Source: Basidiobolus meristosporus CBS 931.73
Taxonomy: Eukaryota > Fungi > Basidiobolomycota
NCBI GenBank assembly: GCA_002104905.1
Contig: MCFE01000118.1
Coordinates: forward strand, 1 to 64,000
Length of the DNA: 64,000 nt
Direction: 5' to 3'
Shown: positions 12,706 through 23,984 of the stretch, piece by piece
Position numbering within the stretch: position 1 is the first letter of the stretch
How the letters are laid out: every line of letters begins with the position of its first letter
Notes under the pieces: model-generated
The model's database searches: none
The model's input: the letters and a program-made list of their open reading frames with translations, nothing else
What the model was told of the DNA's origin: nothing
Made by a program: the position numbers and the translations under genes

Positions 12706-13753
12706 TTACTTCTTATCTCCCTGAGGGTACTGAGGAACCTTGCCAAGGTTTGCGTTGCCGCTCCAATAGTTGTTGGATTGCATGTACTGGTTGGCTTGGG
12801 CCGCGTAGGGGTTCATGGCCTGTTGTTGGTTGTATTGCGAATACTGTCCTGGATTCATGTAATTGCCGGAATTCAGGCTACCAGCGTTGAGAGGCATCTG
12901 GGATTGTAGCTGGCTTGGCATAGAGTTGGCCATCTGGCCTGGCATCTGACTGGACATCTGGCCCGATAGCTGGCTCGACATCTGTGGTGTCATCTGGGCT
13001 GGCATCTGGCTGGGAATACCACCATATTGCTGACCGTAGTTCAACCCGGCAAGAGCAGCATTGTATTGGGAAGACTGCTTTCTATCGTCGCCGTAGATGG
13101 CGTCAGCGTTCTGATCCACTGCGGGATTGGCATCACCCCCGTAGACGTTGGAAGGCTGAGGAGTACGTGGTTGTGCTGGCTGCTTTATAGCAAATCGTTA
13201 GTGGAAAGGCCATGGAACTGGGGTATGTTCAAAGAAACACTTACAGAGGCTGTGGTATTCTCCTTGGATTGCGCAGGATCGGGCGCGTTGAGGCACGATT
13301 GAATAAGGTTTTTGCCTTCCGGTTGGGTAACAAGAGGCTGTAGCTTGGGGGTAGTGAAGGTATATACAAGACCAGTTTCGGACACAACGAGGAGTAAAAC
13401 CTGGGTGCCGGTCAATGTACTAAGCTCGTACGCCTAAATAGGTGTGCGTTAGTTGGAAACCCAAATGGGTAGCAAACGCCAAGACCCGTTACCTTCTTCA
13501 TAATACCGGCCTTACGCTTGCTGAATGTAATGTGACGACGGCTCTTGTCTTCGATGTACTCGATTTTGATCTTACGACGGCCCGCTCTTTTTTGGTTTTT
13601 GGGGGTGGCCTCATCGGAGTCTATGTCATCGTCCTCTTCAAACTCACGCTTAGACCCGAGTTGCTCGGCCTTTGGTGTAATGGGAGACACTCCACTGTTG
13701 TTGAATGCTCTGTTCACGGTGTTGTTCATTGTGTTGGTAGCGAGATTGTTCAT
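12706..13753 (-). CDS. MCM1: MADS-box transcription factor, MCM1/SRF type, 3 exons, about 308 aa, with Gln/Met-rich C-terminus
   Basis: Exons 13753-13493, 13433-13245 and 13182-12706 (introns 59 and 62 nt). Spliced MADS box: GRRKIKIEYIEDKSRRHITFSKRKAGIMKKAYELSTLTGTQVLLLVVSETGLVYTFTTPKLQPLV, followed by EGKNLIQSCLNAP. Confidence 0.93.
12885..13015 (-). repeat. Degenerate 12-nt coding tandem repeat (QMxx units) in the MCM1 C-terminal domain
   Basis: Encodes SQMPAQMTPQMSSQLSGQMSSQMPGQMANSMPSQLQSQMP; CAGATG recurs at roughly 12-nt spacing. Confidence 0.7.
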
Positions 13754-16700
13754 CACCTGGATTTTGCAAAGCACAATTGTCTCTAAAGTCCCGAAACAGT
13801 GATTATAGTTTTGTAGTAAGGAACCAAATAGGGAGAGGGAATCTTAAAATATCTGATTAACAGGGTTCCTAATCAAGGTCTACGTGGATAGAGGGGTAGG
13901 TGTGAAAAACGAAAGGTAGGCCAAACTGCGTGGCAAATTGGAGGATAACCAAATTGGAAATGGTCCTTTTATGTAGTTTTATATCAAGATTGGACTCTGT
14001 TCGAAAACATTACCAAATGGCCATTGGACATCAGCATCCGTCTTTGGACCCCACTCTAATGACTGAGCAAGCGATAAGGCCGGCCATTGGTTGGGAACGC
14101 ATCAATAGGAAGTATCCATTTAACCTAATCGTCGAGTCTTATTACGTTACCCGTTTTGTTTCCCTTATTCTCTTTGCCTTTTCTTTTCTTCTCCCATAGG
14201 TCGCTTGGATTGGACGTGATCACTCCCTCATGCTTGATTGAAAACACGACTAATTTAAATCCTAGTAATCAGCATTCCCTATTTTAATGTAGGGCCGCGA
14301 TATATATATATATGGAGAAATGACTTCGTTGCAGCTTAGCGTGTGATATCCGGTATTGGCAAGGAATGGGAGCATCGCCCAATGGTTTTCCAGAAATCCT
14401 ACTTTATAAATCTATTTTAAATCTGCCTCTTCCATGGGTCATGGGTGGAATTCTTTCCAAAGGAGATCAACTGATTATATAGACAATCTAGGCCATGTCA
14501 GGACGCCACCAATTGGTCACGGACGCGTGGGTCGAAATCGAACTTCGCGCGTCGCCCCTCCGCATTACTCGTCACCGATTGAGGGCGGTGTTCGCCTGGG
14601 AAATTGTTTTCCAGCGACCGCAAGGAGTAACATGACAAATCTGTGCACCGTGGACGTCCGCTTCGCTCGTACGCTCATCGCTGCTAAACTGCGAAAATCC
14701 GAAGATTTCGTTTGTGGCAGATTTGACTAGGATGTATCAAACTGCGTACAGGTGATCGCTTAACAAGGTTAGGTCTGTTCCCAAATTGTTCCATATTGTA
14801 GGGATTTTTTTGGATCCCACCGAGCCGCCATTTGAGTGGTTTCGGCGCGGTGTTTTGGGAAATCAAGCAAGCACAGGCATTTTCCAGATTGTGCTCGGGT
14901 GGTGACTCTGTCCACGGGTGCGATGGCGGTGGAATCGGCCCCTATATCAATTATATGTATCGTTACATGACAACACACTGCCCGGCGTGATTGGCTGGGC
15001 CTGCCTAATGGCTTTGGGTGCTTGTGTGCGGATATTGGTGCTACGCCGATGGCAAATAGAATTCGCCTGTCGGGCAGGCTCACTGGGAGATCGATTGGCA
15101 GGGAATGTTCTGCGGTTCTGTAGGAGTGGGTGTTGGAAAAGATTTTCGCTCTGCAAAACATTGGGAATGTTTTGGATCACAGCTCAGAACCAGATATCAG
15201 CGAGATTTCTCCGAGCACGTCACGTGATGCGGTGGAAGCGCCAGCGAATCTGGGTTGGCCGGTTGAACAATACTGCCATCATGTTCCAAGTTAAACGTTC
15301 AGGCTAATTGATTCATGGGGTGCTGCCCACACATTCACGAGATGACTAATTCCTGCGTTGCCACCCGGGATTCTGCAACAACGCGATCATATCTGGCATC
15401 CACAGCGATGTTGCGATGGTTTCGTACATGATGTGCCCACTGCCATATATGTTGCGGACTTGAGTCAAGGCAAATGACCCGCGAGATCTACAAACGATCA
15501 TGATGTCACATATCCAGAGTGCAAGGAATACTTTAAACTCATTATAGTAATCCAGTGCTTGTTCGGGGATTTTTGGACGAAAGGATGTAGCGCGTTTCTC
15601 GATAATCCTTCTAAACCCATGGCCCAAAAGCGATTCATCTGTTTTGGGGTTGGGCGACTAGTTACAACGATTGTTGTCACCATGCTGCCATTTTCGTGTA
15701 TCTCTTATGGTATGGACTTCAATGGATGGGAATCCTGCACATCGGTAACTGGTCATATATAGTATGTAGCAGATTGTCTTCTGATCAGTGCTCATCAAGC
15801 GAAGCCATTGGTATCAACTTGATATAGAGCAACCTTGCCTATTTATATCGGCCACATTCGTGCCAAAACGTGTTGAGGCGAACCCTAAATATAATTAAGG
15901 TCATGGCAGAGAGGCGAGTTGCGCCCCTACGGCTGCTCAGTATTCTGATGACAGATACACACTTGGGCCAATATCTGCATTCGGGTCAGGTGTTATGAAG
16001 ACTAGCCTCCTCAACAGTGCCGGCACATAGCTTGCCGGGGACCGTAAGATCTGATCGGAGCCTTATATGGTTCTTGAGGTCAAGACAACAACGGCGATGC
16101 TATGGTGTTTCCCAAGCAATACCGGCTCCGGACAGTGGCTGATGCTCTTCATGCTTTACAATTTAAATTTTATTAGGGCATTGCCTAATATATTGATTGG
16201 CCGGTCCTCTATATTCATACCGAGCGTCATATGAGCCCTTCTACAAATATACACTGCATTGTACGGTAACCTGTTATTGGTGAAACGTGTTGGCGAGCAG
16301 AGTTGGTATTGTCAAGCGGTGACGGGGTTGGGTAAGAAAACGGGGGGGGGTTGGACGATGATTTGGTGTGGTTAGGCTGCAAACTCTGCTGGCCAGAGAT
16401 GCTACTGATTGATTCTATATGATCTGTTGCATTTCTTTGCCTCTCAAACTCGTTGGTGACATTGCATCACCAGGATACTTAGATCTCTAGAGATGGCGGC
16501 TTTCGAGCGTCAAGTGTGACACACCCACAATACCTGATGTTTTCCACGCTCTGGTTGATGGACGACTGCTGTGATTATCTGGGTATCTCGCTAAATCTTA
16601 GATGACTGCCCGTTGAGCTACTATCCAGAGGTCGTTTCATCCTTGTCTATCATGATTGGCATCAAGGCTGGATGTTCTGAATTGCGCTATGTATCTTCAA

Positions 16701-16969
16701 GTGGAGGCTCTGAACCTATCAGTTGACCAGTAGACTAATTGTCCGGTGTTGATCAAACTGCCCAACTGATCCGTTTCGGAACGAGTGAGGAACTGAATTG
16801 TTCTGAAACTTCGATTTTCTGGATTCCATTTATATGGAGGTTGGGCATGTGTGGTGCTGGGCGTCATCGCATCTCACAAGAATCTCCCGTCGGGAGAGAA
16901 TGTTCGTTTGGTTGATTCGTTGTTTCTCTAGCTATTCCGGAGGAAAACTATGGTCTTTGTCGGACTACT

Positions 16970-18663
16970 ATGTTCAACAAGATTTTCTTCCAGCCTTGTT
17001 GGTTAATATTCTATGTGATCCTTACCCTATCGAGCATCCCGGTGAGAGCCGACTGGTGTCTGCCATTAAGCGGTATATTCTTGCTCGTCCTGGTCTTGAT
17101 GGTATGCTTACGTACTTATCGGGTATCGTTGACTTTAGGTTCGAAGGCATGCGGGCAGTGGGCCGGTTTCTCTATATTTAAGCATGGAGAGTTCAACAAT
17201 GGCAGTCGGGTTAATGTGTCCAGTTTTGATCAGACAATCATGGACACGATTCAAGGGCCTAGAGAGATCTCAAAATTCCAAAGCCATTTCCAATGTCCAG
17301 GCTACACCGGTGTAGGGCAGCGTTACAAGCAGAGTATCATTTGCGCTGCAATGATAGCTTCAGAAACAAACCGTGCCTCATGCATCCGGGGATCGAGTGT
17401 GCCTCCCCTTTGTAAAAAGACCTGCCTCAACTATTACGAAAGTGTCCGTAAAATACTGATGGATACTTACGTGTGCCTAAAGGCCGGTGTTGATCGAGAA
17501 AGTTTGCTACTGCCTCTGCTAAAGAGGTGTAACCATTATCCTTTCAACGGGGTTGAAGGGCACTGTATAGACGGGGATGCAAACGAGCCACATTCCTGTG
17601 GTAAGATCCAACAGCGATGTCATATTGATTGTTGCTTCATTGACACCCGTGTTTCGTAGGGTACACCACCAAAAACGAGATCTGCAAGAATTGTTCAGCC
17701 AATTCGACATTGTGTGTCGGTGCCACCAAGGTCTCGAATCCCGCTCCCAGAGATCCATTTCTTTTCAACACCACTTACACCCCAACATCCACCATCGCGT
17801 CCACAACAACGCCAAAGAATTCAACGACGATGACGCCCCTGGTGTCAACAACCACAGTGAATTCCTTGAAGTCATCGCCCACAAAGAGGGTCGACAGCAC
17901 AGGTCAGAATGCTCCCACCAGTATACCTCACAACAAGGCCGAGCGTTCAGTAAACATGAACCATGCACAAACCTATACTCAGGTGAATCGTATACTTCTG
18001 ACAGGTGTTGCGATCACTTGCTCGCTTCTGGGCATTACCGTATTGGCATTGTGTATTTTCTGCTGCTGTTCACCATGTCCCGCCTTCTCTCGAAAGCAGA
18101 GAAGGGGGGATTGCTTGACTGGTAAGCGGATTGTGATACATCCATTTTTTGCTCGTCGAGAAGATGAGATATTTCTGAACAGAAATGACTGGGTCGATGT
18201 TAGAGTCGTTTTTGATGACAACTGGGCCATCGGCAAGAACTTGACTACTGGGAATGCCGGGGCTTTCCCTTTGGTTTGCACCGCACTGTCCAAGTCTCGT
18301 ACACCACATGGTGTGACTGACGGAGCCATACCTCCAAGAACCACGTCGGCCAGACTCTCAGACAAACGAAATGACCACAGGCAAGGCCAGTCATCGGAGA
18401 AGCAACTATCCTTACTCTCGGAGGAAGCAGATGATCATGGCAAGCGTAGCGGCATGGAGCCTGTCCAATCCATCACTTCAAACACCAAGGTGGCCACGAC
18501 TGCTTCCCAACACAGAGATATACCAAACGAGGAGATTTCAGAAACCTTCGTGGTGTTTCCTGAAACAACGGCTGAGAATTTGGCTCAGTACAGGAAAACC
18601 GCAAAAGCCATAATGATTACGCCTCAGCAAGCAGTATACACGGAGGAGAGATCTTCATTGTAG
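16970..18663 (+). CDS. Type I membrane protein: signal peptide, Cys-rich ectodomain, S/T-rich stalk, TM helix and cytoplasmic SH3 domain; 3 exons, about 522 aa
   Basis: Introns 17073-17138 and 17601-17659 give CLPLSG|SKAC and HSCG|YTTKNEIC junctions. TM segment ILLTGVAITCSLLGITVLALCIFCCC. SH3 motifs in VIHPFFARREDEIFLNRNDWVDVRVVFDDNWAIGKNLTTGNAGAFPLVC. Confidence 0.87.
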
Positions 18664-19188
18664 GGCCCCGTCCATGCGCTCTTCTACTGGGCATGTATGT
18701 CCTCTACCTCCGGGTCTTGGTGGAAATGGAGTTCGGCTCCAACAGCAAACATTACGTTCTTACGGCTCAACATGATTATACCTATTTCTTCGAGGTACAA
18801 AGCAGAATACAACGCCATTTGCATGCCAACTTTGCCCCAAAGTGTGTAGAATAAACTAAGCTCTGATTCATGCATGTTGCAATGGATGTAGGTGAAGTCA
18901 GAGTGGGTAGCGGGCTACCGTTCGGAACAAAGATGGATCAATCGGGCGTCCAACGTATGAGAAGAATGGTTTATTAGATTACACGAAGTTCGTTTCAACC
19001 TAAACATTCCAAGGTGATAGATTTCCTCCCACTGCCACTGTTCAAAGGAAGCTATCCTCATGAAGGCAGTTGCGGATGGAAAGAAAATATAGCTGAACTG
19101 GTGAGGTTGACGTTTTAAGAATGATCAGAGCGAAGTAAAATAAAGCAGAAAATAGGTTCATACAACAGACAGACTACCCCATCTGCGT

Positions 19189-20257
19189 TTAATCCTTCTT
19201 CAATGGCACAGTTTCGATTTGAACTCCGGCGGAGGTCACCACAAATAGATCGAGGAAATCACCGGTATGGATATCACGCTCAGTAGCCGAGGTGAACGCA
19301 TCTTGTGCAAGCTTTACGGCCCTCTCTACCGGAATGTTGCGGTCGGTGACGTTCTGTTGATTCTTGAAGCCAACCTACGAACATTGCGGATTATAGCGGT
19401 TAGCCTCTGGATTTAAATACATATCGGTCTGGGCGCTGAATTACCTGGTTGTCCAAGAAAGGCTGAATCAAGGAGCTAGCGGAACCACCAGCGCGATGTG
19501 ACTCTCTTTCGTAAGAGCCCACAGGATCAAAACTGTAAACAGCACCGACACCTACACATATTGGACCCTGTTTAGCTCAAATTCAACCGAAATCGCACGA
19601 TTTTCTAGTGTTACCTTGCTCATCTAATCCTCCAAGCAAAATGAAGGTGTAATAGGGGAAGAAACGCTTGGAATAAAGAATAATGGAGACCATTTGAGCG
19701 ATGGCACCAATGGACATCTCTTTATCGTGGGCATGCTTGTACCACTACGAATGTCAAAGTTGTTCCGGATTACTATTTTATCCGCGCCAGGTGTTTGGGG
19801 TAACGGGAGCATGACTTACCTCGATTCTTTGTTTGATTCTCTTCACTAGAGCAAGGCCGTCTGCGTGGAAGCCGTTGGTGGCAATGACTACCTTGTTGGT
19901 GCTAATTGGAAGTGTGCATGTTGGTTAGATGGTTTCATATGCACGCATAAAACAGGGGTCTGTTACATTTGATAGGCCTTGGGAACGTAACGGGAGTTAA
20001 TCATATATCCCTCGCTTTGACGGGTATCAGCGGCGATGACACAATAATCTTTTCCAGCAATGGCCAAACTTGTTCTATTTACAAAAAATCAGTTGGTTAA
20101 TATGCTTCTTGTGACGCTGTGGAGCAACCTGAAGCTTCGTCATAAAATGGTGTACGTACCCTCCATTGTCAGTATATGGGGAGTATTTGTGCTCAATAGG
20201 AGCTTGAAGCGGATTGGAAATGGGGTGATTCAAAGGGTGTCCGTTGATGAATGACAT
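19189..20257 (-). CDS. PRE7: 20S proteasome subunit beta type-6 (PSMB1 ortholog), 6 exons, 236 aa
   Basis: Missed by the ORF track because of introns. Exons 20257-20160, 20074-19967, 19901-19820, 19744-19615, 19551-19445 and 19374-19189 splice in frame to ...[16 protein letters not shown]...ADTRQSEG...GFHADG...[10 protein letters not shown]...[15 protein letters not shown]...[12 protein letters not shown]...TERDIHTGD...LKKD*. Confidence 0.97.
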
Positions 20258-22976
20258 GGTTCTCTGAGTTTGGTATTCCTAGGGATTAGAATCTACTTCA
20301 AAAGTGCCTTAGAAGTGGTTAGAGTTGTATTCACCCTCTGAGTATTGAAAAACTGTTATGTTGGAAAAGAAATTGAACTATACACGCAATCGCCTTCGAT
20401 TTCACATCGTAACGCATCCTCAGGAAATTTTGGCTACGTAATCAAAATGGCTGATTTGATTTTGCTTTATTCTAGTTGAGAATTTAGTCGCTTTGCTTAT
20501 TTCGTGCATCATTTACGTAATGCACCTGGGCATTTAGATAATGGCCTCCAATGTGATATGAACTTTTCTATTTCAGCTATTGAAGCCTCCACCAGCTGGC
20601 AGGTCAGCAAGCAATCGCACCTAATGCTTAGCCACTCTGAATAGCCAACGAAAATAACTGTTCTCCACTCATACTATAGATGAGCATTCCACTGGTTCGA
20701 AATGCTCACGGGCGATGCAGAATCAGGGCCAACTTCAGCGGTGGAATGTACTCGGAATTATACATCTTGACCAGAATATGAAATTCCTTTGTGCTTTGTT
20801 GTTCGAAGGGTTCCAAGTAACCGAAAGTTGTGGACACAGATAGGCAAAGGAAAAAGAAAAATAAACTGCTATCCCCACCATCCAATCAGGCTATCGGTTA
20901 CTCACACACTTGGACTCTATTTCATGACCAAGGTTTATGGTGGGAACACTAGCGAACTGTACCCTTGCCAGTCTTCCCTCACCAAGAGTGGTATACAAAT
21001 ACTAGCTATGGAGCCGCTCCAGGCATATGTGCTAGCTATCATTATAGACATAATGGCTGTAGAAGTATATTCAGCGATGTACGGCCTTTTAGAGAGCTGA
21101 ATTGCCTCCTTGGAGAAACAAATTACAAATCATTGGGATCTGGATTTCCCTTGCATTATTCAACCCCATCATTGATATTGGCTATTTCCGGTTAATGCAG
21201 ACCCATGGGTGCTGTTGAAATAACCAAATTTATCGAATTCCAAGCAGAAATGCCCGTTTGCATTCTCCGAAAGAATACTCCATCCCAAGAGGGTTCATCA
21301 GCACTTACCATAACAGCATAGATAGAAATCCCAGCATCACGTCTAGATTAAATGTTAGTTGTTACCGTCAGAGTGGTACAAATGGTATTTTGCCGCTCGC
21401 TCAATACGACCCATTCTGGTGCATGTACGAGCTTAGCCACAACAGCGCGTTCCCCATCAAGGATATACTTCTTGCCTCAGCCCTGATTCACCCTCCACCA
21501 ACCTGAGCAGGTTACTCAGTGACACTGAATTCAGATGGCTTGTTGAGATACTACTTTCCATATTATTCTGCAGATGGATATCCATCACCCCATGTTGCAT
21601 CTCAAACCATCGCTATGCTTATGGAGCCTCCTCAAAAGTGAAACTTGCCTTTGGAATTGGGCCGGTGAAACAAACGAGCATAAGGCCAAAACGAATTGCA
21701 TGGAATGGAGCTTGATTACAGAGGGATTTGATGCTGGCCATTGGAGGAGAACAGGCATTGCCTGACTGAGCAGTCTTACCGCTGCTGGTAGTTGAGTTGA
21801 CTTCAGAAACTATTATTTGGTGGGATTTCAGTGTCACAGTGCGCCAACTTCAACTCGACGAACCACCTCCGCCATCAGGCCGCTGTATCGGCTGGGCTCT
21901 GGAGTAATACATGCGCAGACCTTCAGCACTCCAAGGACCCATGTGTGGTGCATTCGCTTTCCGGCAATTGCGTGTGTCTAGGGTGGTGGGCGTGTATCTG
22001 AGTAGCTGGGCATGGGAGGGGATACAAAACAAACGCAGAGTGTAGCAAGCATGTCTGGTAGCATTGCTAGCTTCGTGAATCTCTGTAATCGAATGTTAAC
22101 GTCATGCAGCAATCTGATTGATCTGCAAGAGCCAAGTTTCATCGAAGCTCTGGATGTTTCAACCTCTTCCTTATCACAGCGATATTACATAATCCAATTC
22201 CAGGGGATCAGACCAATACTTCTGGGTGATTTGGGTTGTCAGAACGGCATGGGATCCCTGTTTTAGTGAGACACGAGCTTAATCTAGCCTGATGCAAAAC
22301 AATGCAACACTTAATGGGACTCATCATGGAATAGCGGGCCATTTACCGGATTATAATCGAGGTTGTGATTAATCGTAAATACCCGTCTTCCGTGGCTGGT
22401 ATTTCGAAATCCACTCTCCTTCATGATGAGTGACTATTCTATTCTCCACCTTGGGCCAGAGATCAACGATTAATCGCTTTCCAGGATCGGTCGGGTATTT
22501 TACGATGTTCCCTTCGTAGAATTTCTACCAACGGTACAACCCAATAACCCCTCCTCAATTATCTGACACTTGTTATGTAAATTCATATATATATACATAT
22601 TCATCGATAAAGCCAATTTTTCATCCATAGTTGGCCAGAATCTTGTCTTCAAGAAACCTGATAATTGTAGTTGTTGAGTCTATTCAAACTCTGCCTCTAT
22701 TTACCATTGCTTTATTGGGTGCACGCATCAATAGTGATATTTTTGTCTTCCCCTTCGACTCTCTTGTCTCGTGGTGGTAGCGAACACGAGTAAGTTGTGC
22801 CTTTTTGTTAAGTAAAGAGACTCTACTGCTAAACCCCCCCTTTTTGAACACTTACCATCGTCAGGACAGAGTTCTATGCCTCAGATAACAGGTAAACCTC
22901 TCTTCTCTTAGAAAACCGAAATCCCTTCGAATCACAAGAAGCCCAAACTGGTTTCTTACCGCCTTTTTGTAAGAGA

Positions 22977-23984
22977 ATGGAAAGGAACTCTCCAAATCTT
23001 CTATTTCCTGGGAAGCAAAAGGTGAAACGAAACGAAACTGCTCACCCCAATTACATACACCGTGACAGAGATTCCCCTTTGCCTGCTGCAACCGACGGCC
23101 GATCGAGCTCAACCTCTTCCAATCAGCACTCTTTCCTCCATCTCCAAAGCGTCCTTCCAACACCGTCAACTCACTCTTCGCACCTTATCAGTGCCAGGGA
23201 CAAGGATGAAAATATTGGTTGGGCCTATTCTAGTAGGCCGAGGAACAACCCAAATATTCCCGTTAACCAGTCCTTTTCTTCGGAGGGAGATAGGCTACAT
23301 ATACCGCCCTTGGAGCCCAAAGTCTATATCGGCCCACCAGATAATTGGGAAAAGCTGTTAAGCGCCTTGCAAATCGATCCAAGTCATTCCGAGATAAATC
23401 CACGTACACCCTTGGCGGTGCCATCATTACAGAACAATATTATATCAACCCCTAATTGTAGCAGTAGAAGTCCCGAGAGAAAATCATTTGGACCCGATAA
23501 TTGCCAGAAAAAAACAACGGAGAAGTCACCCAGCGACAAAGATCCAAGTCAGATGAAGCCTGAGGCTCTTGAATCTGGATTGGATCTAGAGCCGTCGCCT
23601 AGTATCAATGACAGAGCAGAAGAGTCTACGCAGCCGGATTCAGCCGAGTCATCCAGCAGAGCACAAACCAGGGGAACCTCGCCTATTCCCTCTGATACAG
23701 AGGCGGATGGGAAGAAACACGTGTGCCAGCTCTGCAACCGCAGTTTCTCGCGGCCAAGTGCGTTGAAAACTCACATGTACACACACACCGGAGAGAAGCC
23801 ATTTACATGCACCTATCGGGGTTGTGAAAAACGATTCTCCGTTGAATCGAACCTTCGGCGCCACTATCGACTTCACCTATCCCACGAGAGACATTTGCAG
23901 GAAAGGACCCCACGCGATACCTACGAAAAAAATGTCATCTCGCTTCCCAGAAAACCCCCCAATTTTCGCCCACCACCCTCATAG
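22977..23984 (+). CDS. C2H2 zinc-finger transcription factor (two tandem fingers), 335 aa or longer
   Basis: HVCQLCNRSFSRPSALKTHMYTHTGEKPFTCTYRGCEKRFSVESNLRRHYRLH: two canonical fingers with a TGEKPF linker, after a long S/P-rich region. The 5' end is uncertain. Confidence 0.9.
   Translation: MERNSPNLLFPGKQKVKRNETAHPNYIHRDRDSPLPAATDGRSSSTSSNQHSFLHLQSVLPTPSTHSSHLISARDKDENIGWAYSSRPRNNPNIPVNQSFSSEGDRLHIPPLEPKVYIGPPDNWEKLLSALQIDPSHSEINPRTPLAVPSLQNNIISTPNCSSRSPERKSFGPDNCQKKTTEKSPSDKDPSQMKPEALESGLDLEPSPSINDRAEESTQPDSAESSSRAQTRGTSPIPSDTEADGKKHVCQLCNRSFSRPSALKTHMYTHTGEKPFTCTYRGCEKRFSVESNLRRHYRLHLSHERHLQERTPRDTYEKNVISLPRKPPNFRPPPS

Noticed and set aside
20600-21800. Stop-interrupted plus-strand ORF fragments (weak CorA-like or tyrosinase-like impressions)
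   Set aside because: Diagnostic motifs are absent; the impressions could not be supported by eye.
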